In this document: one piece after another, positions 40,002 through 51,257 of the stretch | Layout: each line of letters opens with the position of its first letter | Numbering within the stretch: position 1 is the stretch's first letter | From: a virus | DNA: 64,000 nt | Virus record (IMG/VR): IMGVR_UViG_3300026549_001121 | Coordinates: 1-64,000 of that record | Reading direction: 5' to 3' (one strand) | The notes under the pieces: generated by a model | What the model was told of the DNA's origin: nothing | The model's input: the letters and a program-made list of their open reading frames with translations, nothing else | Databases searched by the model: none | Made by a program: the position numbers and the translations under genes

Positions 40002-40261
40002 ATATAAATCGGGAATTTATCACGTTAGTCCCGATGACTCCGACATCCTAGTTTATATACCGCATGAGCTAGCGGTAGTTAATTTACACGTTTAATTTGT
40101 CTCGTGTAACGGAGCCTTTGATATTAGCTTCACCAAAGGACGTCGGCACTTCTGCCCATTTGACAATACATAAGTATTCCTGCGTAGCAACAGTTATCCT
40201 GAGTAAGGGTGGTTGATAATCCGAAACCGCCAACGATTGAACCCGTTATGCTACTAAGGGC

Positions 40262-40338
40262 TGGTACTCCATATTAGAATCGAACTAATGACCTCCTGTT
40301 TGTAGGACAGGCGCTCTAACCTGCTGAGCTAATAGAGT
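40262..40338 (-). tRNA. tRNA-Val (UAC)
   Basis: Loop CCUACAA, A73-CCA. Confidence 0.65.
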
Positions 40339-40744
40339 ATATGGTGACCGAGTGTGCAGTTAGTCGACTGGTGTAACCTCCCAGCGCTTCAATCACACGC
40401 ATCCCCATTGGATTTCACAAACTTTTATACTAGGACTTCCGCGGCGAACTACCTTGTTGAGTTGTTCCTCAAAGTGTTCCAATCAAAACTGGGGCTATAT
40501 TTTCTTCTCGGCTTTTAATGCTTGCCTATCGGTCATTTCAAAATATACTTCATTTACCCCATCTATTCTGCCCTCCGACGGGTTGAGAGGTTGCTGAGCA
40601 GCATTTATACTAATTACGACGATTCTTTTGCGCCACCAGATCTCTGGCGAAGTATATTTTGATTATTTTAGTAGTAATTGGTTTAGCCTATCGTTTATAG
40701 TGCCGTTGAGACCGATTGGACTACTACTAATCTCCTCTTGCACT

Positions 40745-40845
40745 TGTTGGTGGAGATGGCAGGACTCGAACCTGCAACGCACATCAGCAATTTGATGCTC
40801 ATTTTCCAGCATGATACGCCCCCAAATTAAACGGTTAGACAGCTA
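40745..40845 (-). ncRNA. tRNA-like (T-arm + CATCTCC-A-CCA) without matching 5' acceptor
   Basis: GCAGGTTCGAGTCCTGC…CCA present; internal CATCAAATTGCTGATG palindrome. Confidence 0.3.
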
Positions 40846-41041
40846 TCCTAAAGTATACCGTAAAATACTAATAGTTCCCCTATAACCAGAAGGTCACTAT
40901 CAACCCCAGACTGGTGCTATCGCGTCACGTCCTGCGCCGGAGTTTTCCGCTACGAGGTATCCGGAATATACCTGTTTGTTAGAGTCAACCCAACTTCCAT
41001 CTAACGTCGATAGCCCAACTGTCTTTCACTATCTTTCCCTA

Positions 41042-41118
41042 TGGCGATTCTAGCGGGATTTGAACCCGCGACCTCATGCGTGACAGGCATGCGTTCTAAC
41101 CATCTGAACTATAGAACC
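41042..41118 (-). tRNA. tRNA-Asp (GUC)
   Basis: Loop CUGUCAC, G73-CCA. Confidence 0.7.
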
Positions 41119-41138
41119 ATATTTTATTTCTTTTTTCA

Positions 41139-41178
41139 TTTTCTATATATATTATAATATAATTTTTTAAAAAAATCA
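41139..41178 (-). promoter_or_regulatory. promoter repeat copy
   Basis: Same motif. Confidence 0.6.
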
Positions 41179-41203
41179 AAAAAGAAATTTTAATTACTTT
41201 AAG

Positions 41204-41377
41204 AGATATAAATAACTATACTATCATTGGAGCCGTTATTAGAGATTTCTTTAATCTTAAAACTTTGGCATTCATATTCACCCATTCTCTTAAATATGTA
41301 TATATCTACATTATCTAATCCACGAGAAGGTATTTCTTGAATAAAATTATTTAAAAAACTTCGACAATCCATTTTTT
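41204..41377 (-). CDS. small hypothetical protein (57 aa)
   Basis: ORF below the track cut-off. Confidence 0.3.
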
Positions 41378-41556
41378 ACCTCTTTTATTAATTAAATAGC
41401 GATTTTTTTGTCTTAAAGACATAGTTGTAAACAGGGTTATCGCAAACCATTCCGGTATCTCCATATTAACCTAACAACTCGGAAAAATACTTCATAGATA
41501 ATATTTCTATTAAGTTTTGACATAGGACGTATGAAATATTTAAACAGTAGTCCTTC

Positions 41557-41632
41557 TGGCTGCTAGGATGGGATTCGAACCCATATGCTACAGATTAACA
41601 GTCTGCTATCTTACCAAATAGATTACCTAGCA
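41557..41632 (-). tRNA. tRNA-Asn (GUU)
   Basis: Perfect acceptor TGCTAGG/CCTAGCA, loop CUGUUAA, G73-CCA. Confidence 0.65.
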
Positions 41633-41643
41633 TTATATAATAA

Positions 41644-42018
41644 TTATTCTTTTTGTCTTTCCTTCCAATGAAGTTCAGCATGACAATTAGCACAAATTAA
41701 AATACATTTTTCACACTCTTTTAAATATTCTTCCCAAGAATGAATTGATCCGTTTTGAGCTAACCCAAAAGATTTTTGATTTGAATTTTTATGATGAAAA
41801 GATAAAGCGTCTGGACATTTATTATATCCACAAATCTAACATTTTCCACCATATCGCTTTATAGCTTCTTTACGCATTGCCTATCTTAGAGCAATTAATG
41901 TTTTAGAACGACTCCCACCTTTTGGATAGGAAGGACTACAATCAAAACAATATTTTCTACTTCCTCCGTTTGGCTTAGTTTCAAATTCTTTATTGCAAAT
42001 TTCACATTTTTTAATCAT
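41644..42018 (-). CDS. HNH endonuclease (2 in-frame TAG)
   Basis: CEICN…CFDC…CGYNKC…HHKN…N…CANCHAELH. Confidence 0.7.
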
Positions 42019-42612
42019 AATTAAAACTCCTTTTATTTTTTCTTCATTATAATTAAAAAATCTTGGTAGTAATTTTAAAGAACTTACCCAACTGAACTAC
42101 GCAGGAATATATTTAGTGCCAGAGGTGTTTCAACTCACTTTTACCTACTTCGTATAGTTATAAATTCCTATACTTATTATTCCCTATATCGGGCTTGCAG
42201 TTCAACCCCAGTCTTGTGAGTAAGGCTTTTGGACTCGAGAACTTTCGTTCAAGTTTGGTCAGGCACTTGTTCAGCGCCCACAGCCATTCGTGGCGCCATA
42301 AGACTTCCTCTTGGTGCTGCGCTATCCTCCAGAACTGTTTCATATACTATTTCATTACTGGATGCCAAGACTATTTAAGGAGCGTATAAAGTCTTATTAT
42401 GATGTTAGAATCAACCACTTATCTAACTTTGATAGACCTCGGACATTACTCCATTCTATCTTACCCCTCTGGTGACACCTGCCGGGCACGATCCGACATT
42501 ACTAGCTTGAGAGGCTAGCGTCCTAGTCCGATTAGACGAAGGTGCCATATTTTTAGATTAATGTTAGTATAAACAGGAAGAACCGCGTGAAGGTCTTAAT
42601 CTATCTCTTCCC

Positions 42613-42687
42613 TGACACCACCGGGGATTGAACCCGGAATCTCCACCTTGAAAGGGTGGCGTGTTATACCGATTCCACTATGGTGCC
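42613..42687 (-). tRNA. tRNA-Glu (UUC)
   Basis: Loop CUUUCAA, A73, CCA not encoded. Confidence 0.65.
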
Positions 42688-42700
42688 ATATAAAGCCTTA

Positions 42701-42925
42701 TTAATTTAAGGCATCGGAAAAATTGCCAGTTGCTCGTAGTTCTTTTATCTTTTCAACCACTATCTTTTTTCCATGTTTTTTTATAAGTTTTTTATAATAG
42801 TTTCTATTACCATAATTTGTATTGCCAATGAAAGGGTAAAGATATTGAGCAACTTCTTGTTTTAAAGACTTTTGCATAATCATCACACCTTTTATTTTTT
42901 GAATTCCACTATTAGCATTACCCAT
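42701..42925 (-). CDS. hypothetical protein
   Basis: 74-aa ORF. Confidence 0.4.
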   Translation of the reverse strand: MGNANSGIQKIKGVMIMQKSLKQEVAQYLYPFIGNTNYGNRNYYKKLIKKHGKKIVVEKIKELRATGNFSDALN

Positions 42926-42960
42926 CGCTTACCTCGTGGCGGTTGTGGATATCAAGCGAC

Positions 42961-43033
42961 TGGACCTAAAGGGAATCGAACCCTTGACCTTCTGCTTGCA
43001 AAACAGACGTTCTCCCAACTGAACTATAAGCCC
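42961..43033 (-). tRNA. tRNA-Ala (UGC)
   Basis: Loop UUUGCAA, G3-U70 wobble, A73. Confidence 0.65.
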
Positions 43034-43266
43034 ATTTATAAAGCGGTCATTATCCTACCGCTATGAAGTCCTTTTCAAACGATTTTACTCAGGAAGGGTT
43101 TTCATCTTCTATGTCCACACGGGGGAACATACCCTTTATTACTGATATTGGAATTTCCGCCTTTCCAATAGGAAGTATTAATCATTTATACAGAAGCACT
43201 TACCATCACTTGCTGTGTAGTGTTGCAACTTTTCTATAACTTTATCTCACCACCGTCTTAGGAACG

Positions 43267-43350
43267 TCAAATATGACGTCAAGGGAGTCGAACCCTATTT
43301 GATAATGTTATAAAGGAAAACCTTTTGACAATCTTTTTAGAGCTACCCAA
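43267..43350 (-). ncRNA. unresolved tRNA-like element (T-arm AGGGTTCGACTCCCT)
   Basis: No matching acceptor strands. Confidence 0.25.
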
Positions 43351-43745
43351 GCGATACCACGAGGAGGTAAGATTATCTTATCGCTCATACACAGGCTTTA
43401 AGGTCAGCTAACCGCACATCTTGTTGATAACTGGAATCTTTTGCTCTTTCCAAATCGCGTCCTGTGTCGATGCCAACCCACCTGCATACGCCTAACTTAA
43501 GGTTAATAGTGGGACTTCCTTTCTGGCTGTCCAAGTTTCCCGCGTTATTAATGGAAACGATATTAAAAAGTAGCGGAATCCCTCCAGAGAAAGTTTTACG
43601 TTGGACTTTCCTACCCTTTGAGATTAATTGGCTTTAATTATACCGCCTCATATTTTATTGTAACAATTCATTTTTTAAGTAGTAAGATAATTAAAAGATT
43701 GATGGTCAATGTCAAACCCCAACTTTCTATCTTGATTTTATATCT

Positions 43746-43793
43746 TTTTTTATCTTACATATATATTATATAATATTTTTTTATAAAAATCAA
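43746..43793 (-). promoter_or_regulatory. promoter repeat copy
   Basis: Same motif. Confidence 0.55.
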
Positions 43794-43807
43794 AAAAGAT
43801 TTTTTAT

Positions 43808-43957
43808 TTAATCATCTAAATAAAAAGAGAAGTCATCATGTCGGTAATAATCATACAATTCAATAGCTAGATTATCAAAATCTGTTGGCTGAAAGTTTAT
43901 ATCTTCATCTTCTGGCAATTCTTCACATTGCATAAACAAAGTAAAATCATCAAACAT
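43808..43957 (-). CDS. small acidic hypothetical protein (internal Met of track ORF 43808-44017)
   Basis: AAGGAG RBS before MFDDFTLF…; the upstream part of the track ORF is the promoter repeat. Confidence 0.45.
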   Translation of the reverse strand: MFDDFTLFMQCEELPEDEDINFQPTDFDNLAIELYDYYRHDDFSFYLDD

Positions 43958-43976
43958 AATCAAATCTCCTTTTTTA

Positions 43977-44017
43977 TTTTCTATAATAATTATATAATAA
44001 TTTTTTATAAAAATCAA
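43977..44017 (-). promoter_or_regulatory. promoter repeat copy (variant)
   Basis: Same motif, -10 TATAAT kept. Confidence 0.55.
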
Positions 44018-44082
44018 AAAAGGTGATCGTTTTTATATAAAAATCATTTTATATGACTAAAACTTTTTTGTCCTAAAATTTT

Positions 44083-44508
44083 TTAATTATTCCATTCTTT
44101 GACTTCTTTTCCATGCGCCATAAACCAATCTTGAATAGGTTTTCTTTCGGAACAAGGATTAGTAGGTGCCTCATGGACTAATAACATAATTATCGGCTCT
44201 TCTTCAAAACCTTCTACTTTTTTAATTTGATTAGCAATAGATTCACATCGTTTTATTATATCTTGATAGTCTAATTGATCTAACTAATAACGATATGTTT
44301 TTAAGAATAAACAAGAATTTGGACTACGCCCGCAATTATCTGCACCTTGACATAAATTATCGCAGCTTGGGCCCGGCGCAAATACTGGCGCACGCAAGCC
44401 ATTCCAAACTCCGTTTTTATCTTTCCATTGGAAATTCGGGCCTTTGTCCTAATGAAACCACCTAGGCGCATATTTTGCTGTAGACAAAGGTATCATATAT
44501 GGTTTCAT
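44083..44508 (-). CDS. hypothetical Cys-rich protein (2 in-frame TAG)
   Basis: Single frame from 44508 to the TAA, no ORF-track entry because of the TAGs. Confidence 0.4.
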
Positions 44509-44655
44509 AAAACGTACTTTGTAAAAATAAGATGTATATATCTACATATATTTCTTCCTTTTGTTATAATATAATAGTAATTGGTTGGTTATCCAGAGAC
44601 GCCACGGGGAGGCTTACTATTAATATCTCCATATGGATGCGAATGCATCCTATTT

Positions 44656-44895
44656 TTATAGTACTATTGCTATTACTCCAACAATAACAAGTATAAATAA
44701 AAGTAGTACTTTTAAATGATTAGTCCAATCCATAGTTAAAGGTGATATGCTACTATTATCTATACTGTGAATATGATTCGAAGTATCTGTTGGATAAGTA
44801 GCAACAGGTGAATTGATTACAGCAGAAGCCGTAACCACACTTATACTAATAATTAATATAACTGCAATAATAATTGCTATGATACGTTTTTTCAT
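44656..44895 (-). CDS. small membrane protein
   Basis: ORF with TM helices. Confidence 0.45.
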   Translation of the reverse strand: MKKRIIAIIIAVILIISISVVTASAVINSPVATYPTDTSNHIHSIDNSSISPLTMDWTNHLKVLLLFILVIVGVIAIVL

Positions 44896-45125
44896 CTAGT
44901 TATCACCTCTTCTTACCAAATGATGTCATCATCTGGATCAATAGTGGGCTCGCCCCAGTCATCAGGGGGAGCAATATAACTACTAAATTCTTCTGCTCCA
45001 CTTGAACAAACACAATCTACTAATTGTAGATTGTGTTTCTCAAATGAAGGTGAACTATATATTCGTTTCATAATATTTTCACCTTTCCTTATTCATATAA
45101 TATTTATATGATTTGTAAAATGATA

Positions 45126-45761
45126 TTACCAATTTACGTAAACATCCATTACCCCATAAGCACAACCGCTATCGTAAACCTTACCGGTTCGACCAAATGG
45201 CGTTTCAACAATACTATAACGGTCTACAGAGGTAGAAGCCAAACACACATATCCATTTTCGTCACAGACATATCCATCTGAATCGGTCCAGCGTCCTGGA
45301 ATCCAAAGTCCTTCACCGGGAAGAATTCTTTCACTATAGTATGTCCATGTCCATCCACCCTAATTAATTACACCAGCATTTTGAAATTCACCGGGAGAGT
45401 AAGTAGCTCCGCTTCCAACAGATTGATTATCATTATTACTATTTTCTTCTTCTTTTGGTTCTTCTACGGAAGAACTGTTTGAATTATCATCAACTGCTGA
45501 ACTTTCATCATTTACTTCTGGTTCTTCTTCATTACTTGATTGCTCAACAACAGCCTTTGTTGGAGCTTCAGTTGGCTTTTCTGTAGGCTTTACAGTTGTT
45601 GGTGTAACAGTTGTAGGTGCTACTGTTGTTTCTACTATTGTCGTTGCCTCATCTACTGTTGCTTTTTCAGTATTTGTGCGACCACAACCAATAAAACAAC
45701 TTACAATTAGCATAATTGTTATGAGAAAACAAACAATTCTGAATTGAGATTTTTTTTGCAT
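45126..45761 (-). CDS. secreted/lipoprotein-like protein (TAG read-through joins two ORF halves)
   Basis: Signal peptide + CFIGCG, Thr/Pro-rich linker; frame continues 78 codons past the TAG at 45360 to a TAA. Confidence 0.55.
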
Positions 45762-45836
45762 TATTATATCTTTCTCCTTTATTGTATTTTTCTTTTAAAC
45801 AGCTGCTATGTTATGATGGGTAGCTAATCCATCCAG

Positions 45837-45913
45837 TGGTGCACCATCTAGGATTCGAACCTAGGACCAACCGGTTATGAGCCGGTAGCGCTGACCAACT
45901 GCGCTAATGGTGC
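45837..45913 (-). tRNA. tRNA-Met/Ile2 (CAU), GC-rich, host-like
   Basis: Perfect acceptor GCACCAT/ATGGTGC, loop CUCAUAA, A73-CCA. Confidence 0.7.
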
Positions 45914-45927
45914 ATATGTAGCTAAGG

Positions 45928-47154
45928 TTAAGAAACCTTAGCTTTTTTGCCAACCATACAACATATACAAAAGGCTACTACGTACAAGACACTTCCAAGA
46001 ACAATTATCATTGGATAAGAAAAACCTAAATTTAAGGTTAACTCTGTCATATTATTTCCAGTCAATCCGGCAATCGCCCAAGCAGATAGGGCTAAACCGT
46101 GAATTTGACTAATTTTAGTCATTCCAAATCGCTCTGATAGTAAAGCTGGTAGTGTAGAAAATCCACCACCATATCCTGCATTAATAATCAATAAGAAAGC
46201 AATTACTAATATTGCTAAAATTAATACAGTAGAAGCATTTTGTATTGCACCAGAAAATACAACCAATGCAGATATAAGCATACAACTTATAAAGATTATT
46301 TCATAAATATAGTTCCTTTCTTTTAGTTTATCTGAAAGGGTTGAATAACCTATTCTGCCCAGAGCATTTGCCCCTGCTGTAATAGATGGAATAATACTAA
46401 TCAAAAGTGGCAAACTAGCACTTGCCGCAAATGCAGTGCTTAAAATTTGCTTTTCATATGAAATAATCATTAAACCACAATGAATGTTCAAATAAAACAT
46501 TAGCCAAATACCGACAAATGTTTTATTTTTAAACATAGATAAAATATTAAAATTATTGTTTGTTTGCGGTTCTACCCATCCATCTGGTTTCTTTAATAAG
46601 AGATGTCCTACGAACATTAAACAAAAATAAAGTACTCCTAAAATAATGAACATTGCCGATATTCCAAAACTATTCTGCAAAAGTTCCATAATAGGAGTTG
46701 CAATAGCTTTGGCTAAACCAAAACCCATAATTGAAATACCCGTGGCTAATCCTTTATTTTCAGAAAACCATAACATTAACGTTTTTACGGGTGTTAAATA
46801 GCCAACTCCGAGCCCTATACCCATAATAACGCCATAGAATAGATAAATACCTATCATCGCTATCCAACCAGTAAAAAATTGGATACAGACACCTGTTCCA
46901 ATCATACCAGTCGTAAAACAAACACAGGAGATTAATGATGATTTGTGAATATTTTTTTCAACAAACCGTCCAGCAAACGCCGCAGACATCCCCAGGAAAA
47001 AAATTGCTAATGAAAACGCCCAACCAACCGCAAAAGGAGACATTCCTATCTACTGTGCGATTGCTTGTTTAAACGTTGACCAACAATATACAGTTCCCAC
47101 GGAACAGTGAATAAGTAGGGCTGGAATAGCGGCTCTTATCCATTTATTATTCAT
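45928..47154 (-). CDS. MFS transporter (oxalate/formate-antiporter-like), 1 in-frame TAG in N-terminal extension
   Basis: 12 TM-like segments; MNNKWIRAAIPALL…(TAG)IGMSPFAV… start. Confidence 0.6.
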
Positions 47155-47336
47155 TTTTTATGAAGATTCCTCCTCCTAAAAAACAGGAATCCACCATCCG
47201 CAATCTTCCGCAGGGCATTCAATGTGCGGAAAAGGCTCAAGGATAATGTCAGGATCATTTTCTTCAATTTCAATCTTAGCGCCGCAGCACTCACATTCTT
47301 TTACCATAATTGGACTCCTTTACTAATATTTCTTTA

Positions 47337-47379
47337 TTTTTTCTATAAATATTATATTATATTTTTTATAAAAAATCAA
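47337..47379 (-). promoter_or_regulatory. promoter repeat copy
   Basis: Same motif. Confidence 0.55.
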
Positions 47380-47403
47380 TTAAAGATTATAAACCCAATT
47401 TGT

Positions 47404-47698
47404 TCATTAAATCTTGTAAAGTATCTTGCTCTTCCTGAGAAATTGAAGCAGGTTCAAATTGTGAAGGATGATTATCTTTTTCAGATATATCATCATCTTC
47501 AAAATTTAAAGCAGTAGGAGTAGTTCCATCTACTCCCTTATACACTTTTGGACAGGTTAATGCAACGGCAATTTGTATTTTTTCTCCGCCATCATTAACC
47601 CAAATATAGTGTTTTTTATCAAATTCTCCAATGTAATCTTGTCCAAAGATCTAAATTAATTGATCTTTAACATACTCCTTTGCAATCTAACCTTTCAT
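47404..47698 (-). CDS. hypothetical protein (2 TAG)
   Basis: AGGAGGA RBS, frame open to a TAA. Confidence 0.4.
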
Positions 47699-47712
47699 GA
47701 CTTTTCCTCCTT

Positions 47713-49149
47713 TTAATCGTCGTCTTTATGTAATTCATTATAACAATGTGGACAATAAAATTTTTGGTCTTCACCATTAAACTTCATTTCTTCTGGAAAA
47801 TCTATTATTCCACATTGACAACATTCTACTGTTGAAGATTCTGCACATGATGTACATAATGGAGCACCTGTTAAATCAGTATAATGAACTTCATCATCTG
47901 TTATTTCCATCCCACATATATCACAATGTTCATATTCGTCATCATCACAGTCTAAACCATATGTATATATACAATCATCACAAGCCATGATATTCGCTCT
48001 ATCAATATATTCTTTTCCACAAAGCGGACATCTACATTTTCGTCCTAAAACAAACACAGTTAAAGAATTTGTTTCTCTGGTTTTATTATCGAACAGATAA
48101 TCATAACGATTTCTATATGTATATAAAGCATTATAACAAGAAGAATTCAGAACATCATTATAATGAAAAGTGTGTTTTCCATTAACAACTAATTCATTTA
48201 AAGGTTTTAGCGTATTTCCAACAGGTACAAAATTTCTAAAATAAAATGTTTCTCCAGTTCTTGTTTCTTTTAAAAAGTTAACCTTACTCTCATATAAAGA
48301 ATCCCATTTTCCGAGATTTATTTTTGGTAAAACTTCTTCTAAAACATATTTTAGTCCTACTTCACTAGAAAAAGGATATTGTCTACCAAAAAATAACATA
48401 TTATCATCATTGGAAAAATAAAGCCAGACTCTCCATTTTTTAGAGTTCCATAATAAATCTTGAGGAAAATGCGGCAAGTGTGCGGGTTCGGCACTTTTTA
48501 AATAGCATATAACAGTTGCTGAATCCATTAAATAATTTAAGTTACCAGATCTATACTCGCCATCTAAAGCATGACAAGAACGCCAATTATGAGTATTTTC
48601 ACTAGCACTTAAAAAATCCAACGGATGAACTGATAAGCATAATTTTCCATGAATACAATTTTCTTGAATAATTTGACTTGCTTGATATTGAATCTTGTTC
48701 AATAATTCTTCATCACGAATAAAATATTTAAAAGCCTTAATTACCTTTGTATTTTTAGGAACACGAGAATATGGAAATTGATAATCTTTAGAAGTTTTAT
48801 TATTATAAAAATCTTCAACATTTAAATCATATAGAAAAGCACTTAAAAATTGATTATTATAATGAATATAAACATAATCCGCAAATTCGTGTAGCCTTTG
48901 TGTTTTTGATTCATCATTTAAATGAAAGGTAACAGGCTCTTCTACTTCATAGATTAAATTTCCATTTAATTTTTCAATAAAACGATATTTTGCTCTTAAC
49001 CAATCATTCATTAATTCATCAATATTCATATCAAGATTATGAAAATGCTGAGAAGTGCGGATAACTTCTTCTACTTGGTTTTGAAGAGTTTTAAAATCAA
49101 ATTTTACTGTGTGTTTCATAGTTGTTAATAAATCAAAATCAGATTCCAT
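47713..49149 (-). CDS. hypothetical protein with C-terminal multi-CxxC zinc-ribbon cluster; paralog of 51742-53337
   Basis: Shared blocks HPLDF(L/M)SAS, W.SC…DG.Y..G, YLKS, KWR, QYPF. Confidence 0.5.
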   Translation of the reverse strand: MESDFDLLTTMKHTVKFDFKTLQNQVEEVIRTSQHFHNLDMNIDELMNDWLRAKYRFIEKLNGNLIYEVEEPVTFHLNDESKTQRLHEFADYVYIHYNNQFLSAFLYDLNVEDFYNNKTSKDYQFPYSRVPKNTKVIKAFKYFIRDEELLNKIQYQASQIIQENCIHGKLCLSVHPLDFLSASENTHNWRSCHALDGEYRSGNLNYLMDSATVICYLKSAEPAHLPHFPQDLLWNSKKWRVWLYFSNDDNMLFFGRQYPFSSEVGLKYVLEEVLPKINLGKWDSLYESKVNFLKETRTGETFYFRNFVPVGNTLKPLNELVVNGKHTFHYNDVLNSSCYNALYTYRNRYDYLFDNKTRETNSLTVFVLGRKCRCPLCGKEYIDRANIMACDDCIYTYGLDCDDDEYEHCDICGMEITDDEVHYTDLTGAPLCTSCAESSTVECCQCGIIDFPEEMKFNGEDQKFYCPHCYNELHKDDD

Positions 49150-49167
49150 AATATATCCACAATCTCC

Positions 49168-50187
49168 TTATAATATTACTTTTTGTTGAAATAATTTCTG
49201 ACAAGTCGGACAGTATTTATCATTTTTATTTGTTGTTTTAAATGCTTCGCCGCAGCCTTCACACCAATTAACATTTTCATCAACACATTTTATACAATAA
49301 AACAGTTGTTGATTAGTTTGTTTATCTTGGACAGGAATAACATCTTCTTCTAAAAATATTTGACCACAATGGTCACACTTACATGTTTTATTAACATAAT
49401 CATAATAATCTTCTTCCATAGGATAACCATGATATATATAATTTAGATAATCAGCATACTTGGAAGGAATATACTGAAAAGATGGCGCAGATTCAGCATC
49501 TTCAATCATTTTTTGAACCTGTTGAATAGTAGTATATAATTCATTAAAATGCAGCGTTTCAATTTGACTATGTTCATTATAATACCCAACAGACAAATTG
49601 ACTCCTGCTATTTTCCATTGAGGGCATATAACACTAATGTCTGAAAATGTTCCCCATTCTGTTATAAAATTATACTGCTCAATAAATGATTGAAATGTAA
49701 AATTAGTACAACTATAAAAAACACAATCATTCGCTCCCTGGCGATCTAATTGAATAATATATTTTATATCAAAAATAGGCTTAGGATATTTTTTAATTAG
49801 TGCTGACGCACCAATTCCCCCACATTCTTCGTCTGTAGTAAGACAGATGTGAGGGCGATATCCTGCTTGAATTATTTTTATAATTGCAAAAACTCCTGCT
49901 CTATCATCAGCACCTAAACCTTCTGGAGACCACATTACATTATACTGTCTATCTAAATAAATGTGAATAGGATGCGTTTTAAAAACTGTATCTAAATGTG
50001 CAACCAACATTATTGGTTCAGTTCCTTCACATAAAATAAATTTAGATGTAGCGACAATTTTTTCTGGTTGATAATGCTTCCATAAGAAATTGCGCATTAA
50101 GCGCAATAAATCTGTTTGATTCATACGTGCTATTGTGGTAAATAATTGAACATCACTATTACTTATTTTTTTCACGTTTTCAACCAT
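49168..50187 (-). CDS. M20/M28/M42-type metallopeptidase-like protein with C-terminal zinc ribbons
   Basis: HLDTV, GADDRAG, TTDEECGGIGAS metal-ligand motifs. Confidence 0.5.
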   Translation of the reverse strand: MVENVKKISNSDVQLFTTIARMNQTDLLRLMRNFLWKHYQPEKIVATSKFILCEGTEPIMLVAHLDTVFKTHPIHIYLDRQYNVMWSPEGLGADDRAGVFAIIKIIQAGYRPHICLTTDEECGGIGASALIKKYPKPIFDIKYIIQLDRQGANDCVFYSCTNFTFQSFIEQYNFITEWGTFSDISVICPQWKIAGVNLSVGYYNEHSQIETLHFNELYTTIQQVQKMIEDAESAPSFQYIPSKYADYLNYIYHGYPMEEDYYDYVNKTCKCDHCGQIFLEEDVIPVQDKQTNQQLFYCIKCVDENVNWCEGCGEAFKTTNKNDKYCPTCQKLFQQKVIL

Positions 50188-50197
50188 ATCCTTTTTA

Positions 50198-50235
50198 TTT
50201 TTTTCTATATATATTATAATATATTTTTTTATAAA
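50198..50235 (-). promoter_or_regulatory. promoter repeat copy (variant -35)
   Basis: Same motif. Confidence 0.5.
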
Positions 50236-50253
50236 AATAAAACAAAAAAGATA

Positions 50254-50949
50254 TTATTTATTTGTTGTTGTTTCATCTACTTGCGTTTTTTCTACCCATT
50301 TCTGAATAATATCTATAAGGTCAAAATATTTTTGACATAAACGACAAAGGGAAGTTCCTTGACAGGATTGACCGCACTGGATTCTTCTTAATGCAAAATT
50401 TTTATTATCTTGTATTTCAGTCTTATCTTCTGGCTCGTCTTCTGTTGGAACGACCTCAAAACCTCTATTATCAACATCAACATTTAAATTTGTTAATAAA
50501 ATATTTAAATTTCCTAACCATTTTTTATCTTGCTTATAAATAGTGTATAAAGTATGTTCTTTCTTTAAACTATTATTTGAATCAAACTCAAAGTGATCGA
50601 CAAAACGGCTATATATTTCAATATCTTCTGGGCGTATATAAGTTCCACAAATACCATTTTCAAGAGGTAAATTATTATTATAACATTTATTAACAACTAA
50701 TCTAATTTCTATATTATCGCCGCATATACTTTTTACTCTTGGAAGATCAAAATATAAAGGGCCATCAAGCAAAACTTCATCTACTCCTAAATAAATTAAA
50801 CTTCGTAATTCTGTATAGGTAGAAGCAGGATAACTCCAAAATACTTTATAACCTTTAGATTTAATAACAGAAATTTGTTTTGTATCTTCGACTGCTATAA
50901 CTATATTTAAAACGTCTTTATAAATATCAATTTCATTCCAATTTATCAT
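50254..50949 (-). CDS. hypothetical protein
   Basis: 231-aa ORF. Confidence 0.45.
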   Translation of the reverse strand: MINWNEIDIYKDVLNIVIAVEDTKQISVIKSKGYKVFWSYPASTYTELRSLIYLGVDEVLLDGPLYFDLPRVKSICGDNIEIRLVVNKCYNNNLPLENGICGTYIRPEDIEIYSRFVDHFEFDSNNSLKKEHTLYTIYKQDKKWLGNLNILLTNLNVDVDNRGFEVVPTEDEPEDKTEIQDNKNFALRRIQCGQSCQGTSLCRLCQKYFDLIDIIQKWVEKTQVDETTTNK

Positions 50950-51220
50950 TTGATGCTCAGAAATATAAATTACTATTTCTGCTGAACATACCCAATCATC
51001 TGTAACTAAATCTTTTAAACGAGCAATATCTTCATAATTTACTCTTATTTCCTCTGCGTTTTTTAATATTACTAGTGGCTAACGACAAGACACCATAAAT
51101 TTCATACAATCACTCCTTTTTCTTTATTATACCAAAAAAAATTAGTAAAAGCAAATTTATTTTGATGGGACGATTTCTGCGACTGTTCGCGCGGCGAGCA
51201 GTTTAATATATTATAAGACA

Positions 51221-51257
51221 AAAAAAAGAGAGGTATTTTACTACCTCTCTTTTTAAA
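51221..51257. terminator. hairpin terminator
   Basis: AGAGAGGTATTTTACTACCTCTCT with A/T runs. Confidence 0.55.

Noticed and set aside
39768-40010. Plus-strand ORF with good RBS (GGAAGGAGA) overlapping tRNA-Lys antisense
   Set aside because: Antisense to a well-formed tRNA and needs a TAG read-through; likely spurious.
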